A DNA stretch of 64,000 bases from an uncultured Acidimicrobiaceae bacterium (GTDB lineage: Bacteria > Actinomycetota > Acidimicrobiia > Acidimicrobiales > Palsa-688). The stretch lies in contig CAWAEC010000001.1 in the NCBI GenBank assembly GCA_963781155.1, forward strand, positions 14,515 to 78,514, given 5' to 3'. The notes below the pieces were generated by a model. That model worked only from the letters and a program-made list of their open reading frames with translations, did not search any database and had not been told where the DNA came from. Positions 57,927-64,000 of this stretch are shown piece by piece. The position numbers and the translations under genes are program-made. Positions within the stretch are counted from its first letter, which is position 1. Each line of letters opens with the position of its first letter.

Positions 57927-58589
57927 TCATCTGAGCAGGGCGGCGAGCGGGCTGGTGTGTAGTTGGTCCAGCACCTCTTTGACGTCCCGGTATACGTGCA
58001 GGGCTCCTGCCTGGCTGAGCTCGTGCTGGCTGAAGCCGCCGGTTTCGACTCCGATGCACCCGATTCCCGCCGCCCTGGCAGCTTGAACGTCCCAGACGGT
58101 GTCGCCGATGGCCAACGCCCGGGCAGGGTCGACGACGCCCGAGCTCATGGCCGCCGCGAAAACCTCCGGGGCCGGTTTCGACTCCTTGACATCATCGGCA
58201 GTGGTCTTGGCGTCAATGGCGTCGTCGGCGTCGAGCTGGCCGAGGACGGCGGTGAGTTCATAGGCGGGACTCGAGGTGGCCAGCACCACTGCGACCCCTT
58301 GGGCGTGAAGCTGGCGCAGGAGGTCCCTGGCGGCAGGGAAGGCATGGACGTCGTCGAGGAGCTCCCGGTACCGCTCAGCCCGGGCCGCGCTGGCTTTAGG
58401 GCAGTCCCGACCCAACAGCTTTGGGACGAGTTGGTCGCCGCCCATTCCGACCAGCCGGTGGATGGCGTTCATGGGGGCCCACTCGCCCACATCGCGAAGA
58501 GCTCGAGACCAGGCCAAGGTGTGGAGATAGTTGGTGTCGACGAGCGTCCCGTCTACGTCGAAGAGGACTCCGGCTCGAAGGGCCGTCAC
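57927..58589 (-). CDS. HAD-superfamily hydrolase (beta-phosphoglucomutase-like subfamily)
   Basis: VLFDVDGTLVDT motif I, and GDTVWDV. GTGA overlap with the upstream gene. Confidence 0.9.
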   Translation of the reverse strand: MTALRAGVLFDVDGTLVDTNYLHTLAWSRALRDVGEWAPMNAIHRLVGMGGDQLVPKLLGRDCPKASAARAERYRELLDDVHAFPAARDLLRQLHAQGVAVVLATSSPAYELTAVLGQLDADDAIDAKTTADDVKESKPAPEVFAAAMSSGVVDPARALAIGDTVWDVQAARAAGIGCIGVETGGFSQHELSQAGALHVYRDVKEVLDQLHTSPLAALLR

Positions 58590-59254
58590 GCCGGTGGGTC
58601 GTTCTCGCGGTTCTCGGCTGCCTGGTCCGCCCCGGTCGGGTGACCACCCTTTCTTGCACCGATGGGCGGAGTTGGCCGTGTCGACTCATGGGCTTCACTG
58701 GTAGGACCCGGGCCGACCCTGTCGCCGCCATTGTCGTCTCTTGGTTTCGTCACCGTGACCTCTGTCTCCGTCGTATTGTTGCTTGCGACCGGCCGTGATG
58801 GCCGCCAAGCGTGCGCTCGGCCGTTTTTGGCTGGTTTCGCCTTGTTGCCGGCGGGCGGCTCGTGCAACGCTCCGGTTTCACGCAGCTCTTCTTCCTTTTG
58901 TTCCATGTCGGCGGGGGGCACGCCCAGTGCGAGGAGGTCGTCGACGATCTCTTCTTTCCGGGCCGCGGCGGTGCTGAACTGCAGGTCTTGAGGGTCGGCG
59001 TAGGACTGGGGTGTCAGATCAGGCGGAGTGATGGGGCTGTCGCCGGCTGTGGCCTGGGACCAACCCGCCTTCTGCGCGGCCGCCGCCGCTTGGCCCTTGG
59101 CCGTGTCTTTGAGCTGTTCGACCTTGTCGTGGACTTCGGGGCGGCCGGTGATCTCGCGCACCTTTGACTCCAGCTGCTGGTACGGGCCCCGACCGCTTCG
59201 CGATCCGAGGATGAAACCGATGCCAGCGCCCACCAGAAACATGCTTTTCCGCAT
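58586..59254 (-). CDS. YtxH-like stress protein with long disordered tail
   Basis: MRKSMFLVGAGIGFILGSRSGRGPYQQL. AAGGAG upstream of ATG 59254. Tail ends GHPTGADQAAENRENDPPA. Confidence 0.75.
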   Translation of the reverse strand: MRKSMFLVGAGIGFILGSRSGRGPYQQLESKVREITGRPEVHDKVEQLKDTAKGQAAAAAQKAGWSQATAGDSPITPPDLTPQSYADPQDLQFSTAAARKEEIVDDLLALGVPPADMEQKEEELRETGALHEPPAGNKAKPAKNGRAHAWRPSRPVASNNTTETEVTVTKPRDDNGGDRVGPGPTSEAHESTRPTPPIGARKGGHPTGADQAAENRENDPPA

Positions 59255-59461
59255 CTCACCACTCCTTTTCGAGGTCCCGTACGACGCCCTGGCCCCCTCG
59301 TTTTCTGATTTTTCTCGGGCGTGCTGTTTCACCTGGGGATCGTGCGCAAGTCCCTTTCGGCTTGCTCGCCGAGGGCGCCCTACTCGTCCGACAGTTCCTT
59401 CCGCACACCGCCAGGACGACGCTGAACGACCCCGCGGGCGCGTTTCTAGAAAACGAGCGTG

Positions 59462-59728
59462 CTATTCGTCACCTGGCCAGGCCCCGGTGGCCCGTTCGAA
59501 ACCGGCGGCTCCGGCCCGGTCGACGGCGGCTTTGACCAACCCGAAAATGGCCCCCTGGAGCAGGGCCGCCACCAGTATTTCGCTCCAACTCCGATGGCGC
59601 TGGGTGGCGGTCGGAGTTTCGTCCTCACCATTGACGAGCTTCCACACCCGTTTGAACACGACGCTGGCCGCCACACCGCCCAGCACGCTCACCACCATGC
59701 CCATGGGCTTGTAAACGAGCTTGACCAT
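59462..59728 (-). CDS. DUF4235-like protein
   Basis: MVKLVYKPMGMVVSVLGGVAASVVFKRVWK. TGATG overlap with the upstream gene. Confidence 0.8.
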   Translation of the reverse strand: MVKLVYKPMGMVVSVLGGVAASVVFKRVWKLVNGEDETPTATQRHRSWSEILVAALLQGAIFGLVKAAVDRAGAAGFERATGAWPGDE

Positions 59729-60099
59729 CAGTGCTGCCCCCGCCGGACGAGCCGGGCCACCACGACCACAGCGACCGCGGCCCCCGTCGCCCACACCAGC
59801 CAGGGCTGCCGCCGCCAGACCCGGGTGACGCCCGACGCCCCCTTGTCGACCCCCTCGGCGGCGGCAGTGACCACGGGGTGGGCCGCCTCGGGCAAGCTGC
59901 GTTGGACCTGACGGCCCATCTCGGCCAGCTTGGTTTGCGCCTGGCTCGACGTCTTCTTGAGCTGATCGCGACGGGCCACCGCGTTCTGGGCCGCCCGCCC
60001 TTTGACATCGGCCTTCTCGCCGATGGCCTGCACCGTCTCGCCGATGTCGGCTCGGGTTTGCGCTATGGCTTCGCGGATTTGGCCGGGATCTTCAGCCAT
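59728..60099 (-). CDS. DUF3618-like protein
   Basis: MAEDPGQIREAIAQTRADIGETVQAIGEKADVK plus a C-terminal TM. GAAGGAGG upstream. Confidence 0.8.
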   Translation of the reverse strand: MAEDPGQIREAIAQTRADIGETVQAIGEKADVKGRAAQNAVARRDQLKKTSSQAQTKLAEMGRQVQRSLPEAAHPVVTAAAEGVDKGASGVTRVWRRQPWLVWATGAAVAVVVVARLVRRGQH

Positions 60100-60581
60100 T
60101 CCACATCCTCCTTCGTGCTCTCCAGGGCCTCCTCGGGCACCGGCGGTGACCCCCGTAGCGCCGTGCTCTTGCCCACCCAGGCCAGGACGCCTGCCACCCC
60201 GCCCACCACCACCGCCACCATCAAGGCCGCCAACCACACCGGCAGCGCCTCGGACAGCCCCGCGATGGCACAGGCGACCAGAGCGGCCACGGCCAGGAAC
60301 CCGAGCACACCCGCCGCGGCCAACAGGGCCGCCCCCGCGGCCACAAGCTTGCCCTTGACCGACATCTCCGCCTTGGCCAGTTCCACTTCCTGGTGGACCA
60401 GATTGGTCGTCTGCTCAGACAGGTCCTTGAGCAGCTCGGCCAGCGCCTTCTCGTCAGACTCCCCCCCGCCAGGCGTCGCTCGTCGCCCAGACTGCCCAGA
60501 CTGCCCAGGCCGCCCAGGCTGGTCGACGATGAGAGACGCCGAATTCCCCGACTCCGGCGGTTGGGCTGGATTGGTGGCCAT
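60063..60581 (-). CDS. actinobacterial holin-X (phage holin family) membrane protein
   Basis: LLKDLSEQTTNLVHQEVELAKAEM followed by two TM helices. Confidence 0.8.
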   Translation of the reverse strand: MATNPAQPPESGNSASLIVDQPGRPGQSGQSGRRATPGGGESDEKALAELLKDLSEQTTNLVHQEVELAKAEMSVKGKLVAAGAALLAAAGVLGFLAVAALVACAIAGLSEALPVWLAALMVAVVVGGVAGVLAWVGKSTALRGSPPVPEEALESTKEDVEWLKIPAKSAKP

Positions 60582-60867
60582 GGCGCCTCCTCAGTGCCTG
60601 CGCGGCAGGCGTTGCCGTCGTTCAACCTGGACGTCGCGGCCATACCACCTCGACAAGGCAGCTGTACCCCCCCACCAGCCGCCACAAACGGAAAGTCGGC
60701 CCCGATCATCCAGCCTGCAAACCAGACCGCCTCCAACGCCAATACCGGCAACGCCCACACCAGCGCCGCCCCCACCTCGGCCCCCAACTCGACACGCCTC
60801 CAACGCCGACCATCCGAACACAAAGGGAACCCTGGCCGGCCACCCCGTTGGGCCCCCTCGCAGGAGG

Positions 60868-61485
60868 TCAGGAACTGGACCGATTGAGATCGGCCGTGGA
60901 GTCCCGGCCACGGTCGAACAGCGCGGCCGCCTTGCGGCTCACCACAGCGAGGGGCCCGGTGTCGGGAAGGTGAGGATGAGGGTGGGAGTGCAGTTGAACC
61001 TCGTCCGAGCGCAACGCCTGGCCCAGGTCGGCCAGTTCGGTCGGGTCGACCCTCTCCCGCAGGAAACCGAACAGGCGTTCGTTGGCGTGGGCAATATGGC
61101 GATCGGTGATGTCCAAGAGTTCGGTGACAAGGTCCGGGACGTCCGGCGAGTTGACCTTGCGTCGCTCCACCCGCACGACCAGTTTCTCAATGGCCTGGTG
61201 ATCATCACCGAGCTCGTCGGCGAGGGCTTTTCCCTCGTCACCGTGCCGGCGAAGGACCGGCACGAGCAGCTGCTTTTCGGCCGCCACATGCGCGGACAGC
61301 GTGCGCAGCAGCTCCTCGAGGACCGCAGGGCGGTCCTCGTCCCGGCCGCTCACCCGGCAGAAGAGATCCTGCACGGTCGAGTGGTCTTTTCCAAGAACGG
61401 CCACGACATCATCGTCCACGACCTGCCTATACCCGCCGAAGCGACATCCAACCCACCGTCGATCGGGACTGACGTTCAACGGCAC
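60868..61485 (-). CDS. hemerythrin HHE cation-binding domain protein
   Basis: LGKDHSTVQDLF...LSAHVAAEKQLL...DDHQAIEKL...DRHIAHANERLF. Start is uncertain. Confidence 0.8.
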   Translation of the reverse strand: MPLNVSPDRRWVGCRFGGYRQVVDDDVVAVLGKDHSTVQDLFCRVSGRDEDRPAVLEELLRTLSAHVAAEKQLLVPVLRRHGDEGKALADELGDDHQAIEKLVVRVERRKVNSPDVPDLVTELLDITDRHIAHANERLFGFLRERVDPTELADLGQALRSDEVQLHSHPHPHLPDTGPLAVVSRKAAALFDRGRDSTADLNRSSS

Positions 61486-62033
61486 GCCTGCTGATGTTCA
61501 GCGATGCCAACATCGGAACCCAGCCCGCGCCGAGCCTCACGGGGTTAGCCGGTCACCTGTACTGGCGGTCCATGGCATGGCCCACAACGTCACCCGCGCC
61601 GCGGCCCGCCGGGAATCAGTCCCTGATCCGATGACAACAGAGACGTCCTGTCCGGCGCGGTCCGAGGCCGCAGTCGGGCAGGTATGACCTTCAAGCGATT
61701 GGGCGGTTGGCGGTGACGGCGATAGAGGCTCCGAACATGTAGCTTCCGTTGGCGGCGCGCTGCCAGGCCCGACGTCCACGCCCGCCACCGGGATGCCTGA
61801 CGCCGAGGCCAGATAGAGTCCCGCAACCGAACGTGGTAGGCCTCATCAGCCGACGGTGTCGGAGGGGGTATCAGCGGGAAACCGTTCCGATGAGGCCCGT
61901 GACGGGTCTTCAACCGCGACGGGCTGTGCTGGCGGGACGTGGAGTCGGCTGGGACGTCGATTGAATCGGGGCGATCAGGGTAGGAACCTGGCGGGACTCA
62001 CGCCGTTGCCGTCAGTGAAAGGGAAGCCGAACC

Positions 62034-63047
62034 ATGCAGGTCCAGAAAGCTTCAGCTGGAGAAGACGACGTCGGCAGACCCCTCGAAGGTCCTACTGACC
62101 TGCCCAAGCCATCTCTGGTGGCCGTTGTAAAGCGTGCCCGGGTCGAATTTCGCAACGACAATCTCACCACTCTTGCCGCCGCCCTCACGTACTACGCGGT
62201 CCTCGCCGCGGTCCCCGGTTTGGTGGTCCTGTTCACCGCCCTCGGTCTGTTCGGAAAAGACGTCACCAGCCGGGTGGCAGCCCAGGTGAACGCGGTCGCT
62301 CCTGGATCGAGCGGCCACTTCGTCCAGACGCTGCTTTCTCAGGCGCAGTCACACAAATCGGGGACCGGGATCACCGCCATCATCGGCCTTGTCATCGCCC
62401 TATGGTCAGCATCCAGCTACGTCAACGCTTTTCGCCAGGCCTCGAACGTCATCTACGGGATCGGCGAGGGGCGCCCAGTGTGGAAGACCGTGCCACTACG
62501 GCTAGCAGTCACCGCCGTGGCCGTCGTCTTGCTGATCCTCTGCGCAGTGATCGTCGTCGTCAGCGGCTCCGTCGCCAATGAGGTCGGCAACGCGGTCGGG
62601 GCCGGCCACACTGCCGTGCTCGTCTGGAACATCGCGAAGTGGCCGATCCTTCTCCTTCTCGTGTCGGTCTTGCTGGCCGTGCTTTTCTGGGCCAGTCCGA
62701 ACGCCAAGCAGGCCGGGATCAGGTGGGTCAGTCCCGGCGGGATCATCGCCACCCTAGGCTGGATCGTGATATCGGCCCTCTTCGCCATCTATGTCACCAA
62801 CTTCTCCAACTACAACAAGACTTACGGTGCCCTAGCCGGGATCGTGGTCTTTCTGATCTGGCTGTGGCTGAGCAACATCGCCTTGCTGATGGGTGCCGAA
62901 GTGAACGCTGAACTGGATCACGCCAAAGCCATAGCGAAGGGCCTACCCGAGGAAGTGCGGCCCTTCGCCGAACCCCGCGACACTCGCAAACTCGACGAGC
63001 ACGACAAACAAGCAGTCCGGCGATCCGCCGCTCTCCGAAACCAATAA
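62034..63047 (+). CDS. YihY/BrkB family membrane protein
   Basis: LAAALTYYAVLAAVP and a six-TM pattern. Confidence 0.9.
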   Translation: MQVQKASAGEDDVGRPLEGPTDLPKPSLVAVVKRARVEFRNDNLTTLAAALTYYAVLAAVPGLVVLFTALGLFGKDVTSRVAAQVNAVAPGSSGHFVQTLLSQAQSHKSGTGITAIIGLVIALWSASSYVNAFRQASNVIYGIGEGRPVWKTVPLRLAVTAVAVVLLILCAVIVVVSGSVANEVGNAVGAGHTAVLVWNIAKWPILLLLVSVLLAVLFWASPNAKQAGIRWVSPGGIIATLGWIVISALFAIYVTNFSNYNKTYGALAGIVVFLIWLWLSNIALLMGAEVNAELDHAKAIAKGLPEEVRPFAEPRDTRKLDEHDKQAVRRSAALRNQ

Positions 63048-63233
63048 CTCAATACCCGCTCGCGTCCTTTTGAGCTTCCCCCGCCATCCAGGTAAGCGTC
63101 TACGACTCGTCCTTTCGTGGATGCGTCACGGGAATGGGCCGTGTGCACCTTTTGAGCCGCAACCCCACACCATCCGGTGCCGGCGCCGGCCGGGGTCGGC
63201 GTCAGCGCAACGGTGGCGGGGTAGTACTAGTCC

Positions 63234-63440
63234 ATGACATCACAGACCGGAACGAGCGGAACGGGTCCCCTCTACGAGCACACCCCCGCAGGGAAACAAG
63301 CGGCCGAAGACGACGTGGTCATCCCGCATCCCGAGGGAGAGAGGAATGCCGGAGCCCCCGAAGACCACCCCGACCCCAAGGGCCACCCGACAGGGGAAGG
63401 CCAGGCCGAAATCAACCGGGAAGACGACCCGCCGGCCTGA
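63234..63440 (+). CDS. small acidic hypothetical protein sharing a C-terminal motif with 58586..59254
   Basis: 68-aa ORF ending KGHPTGEGQAEINREDDPPA. Confidence 0.5.
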   Translation: MTSQTGTSGTGPLYEHTPAGKQAAEDDVVIPHPEGERNAGAPEDHPDPKGHPTGEGQAEINREDDPPA

Positions 63441-63462
63441 CTGCCAGGAGAGTAGGAGATCT

Positions 63463-63561
63463 ATGTCTGACGCAGACGACCGGACCGGTGGCAGTGGTGA
63501 CCCTCGCTACGATAAGCCACCGGCGAGCGAGCCGAAGATGAAGCCCATTGATAAAGACTGA
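63463..63561 (+). CDS. very small hypothetical protein (32 aa)
   Basis: AGGAGA lies 4 nt upstream of ATG 63463. Product MSDADDRTGGSGDPRYDKPPASEPKMKPIDKD. Follows the previous ORF by 22 nt. Confidence 0.35.
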   Translation: MSDADDRTGGSGDPRYDKPPASEPKMKPIDKD

Positions 63562-63768
63562 CCAATAGAGGCTCTGGGCGGTTTGCTCGCCCTGCCCCCC
63601 GCCTTGCTGGGAGGTGGTCGGCGTCGTCGAGCCGCGGCAGCATCGAGCAGAGCGCCGTCGCGCTCGGCTGTTAGGCAGCTCAGCCCGGCGAACGCTTCCG
63701 AGTCGTGGCTTGGCAGTCCCGCTTGAGCGGACCTTTCGACCGCTTCGGGGTGTCCCGCAACGGTTCTC

Positions 63769-64000
63769 TCAGCGGGTGTTGCCGGACTGGGTGGCGGGTT
63801 CACGCTGGGGGTGCCATCGAGAGGCGGTCAACTCTTCGGTGACGATCCGGGCCAAGCAGGCGAGGAAGCTCAGCTGGTCGTCGATCCAGTCCCGCTGGAC
63901 GGTGTCCATAACGCAGGCGGTGCCTATGGCATGTCCGCCGGGAATGATCAGCGGGATTCCCGCATATGCGGCCACCCCGAGGTTGTTCACCGCCGGATGG
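63769..64000 (-). CDS. GAF-domain protein, C-terminal part (5' end outside window)
   Basis: ...NNLGVAAYAGIPLIIPGGHAIGTACVMDTVQRDW. The frame stays open to the window edge. Confidence 0.7.
   Translation of the reverse strand, partial: HPAVNNLGVAAYAGIPLIIPGGHAIGTACVMDTVQRDWIDDQLSFLACLARIVTEELTASRWHPQREPATQSGNTR

Noticed and set aside
61839-61897. Hammerhead ribozyme (CUGAUGA on the minus strand, GAAA on the plus strand)
   Set aside because: The CUGAUGA is not followed by a stem II plus GAAA in the required order on either strand.
1-64000. CRISPR arrays, IS elements, integrases, prophage or rRNA/tRNA genes
   Set aside because: I noticed no spaced direct repeats, terminal inverted repeats with a transposase ORF, or RNA gene signatures while reading the window. 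The only tandem repeat seen is a 9-bp coding repeat at about 60486-60512.

Overview
High-GC (about two-thirds G+C by eye) Actinomycetota-type chromosomal segment, densely coding on both strands. I saw no rRNA, tRNA, CRISPR array, transposase or integrase. The content reads like a hypoxia/dormancy-style stress and energy island. It holds a close DevR/DosR-like NarL response regulator and two PAS-GAF histidine kinases, one a decayed remnant and one frameshifted. It also holds four universal-stress-protein genes, an Hsp20, four PPOX-family paralogs, a CBS/BON protein, a GH65 phosphorylase and a Zn-ADH. Glycolytic and anaplerotic genes are present (pyk, gap-pgk without tpiA, a broken ppc). There is a translationally coupled four-subunit NiFe hydrogenase operon of sulfhydrogenase (group 3b) type with an extra cNMP-binding protein, maturation protease and HypC. 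Other units are a GNAT-N/ACS-C Pat-like acyltransferase, a Rieske-less split cytochrome b operon next to DoxX and a flavodoxin-like gene, a seven-gene Mrp/Mnh module in Mbh gene order lacking MrpA, and a cluster of small membrane/stress proteins (holin-X family, DUF3618, DUF4235, YtxH-like, HAD). Two things stand out beyond the gene list. (1) A 14-bp box, GGGACYTTCGGNCC, recurs 36-94 nt upstream of at least seven transcription units, always oriented toward the gene. Its left half matches the mycobacterial DosR box as I recall it. (2) Gene decay between 9.6 and 47.2 kb is unusually dense: at least a dozen frameshifted, truncated, nonsense-bearing or mosaic remnants, several of them copies of intact genes elsewhere in the window. 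Family names (DUF numbers etc.) are from memory, and no searches were run.
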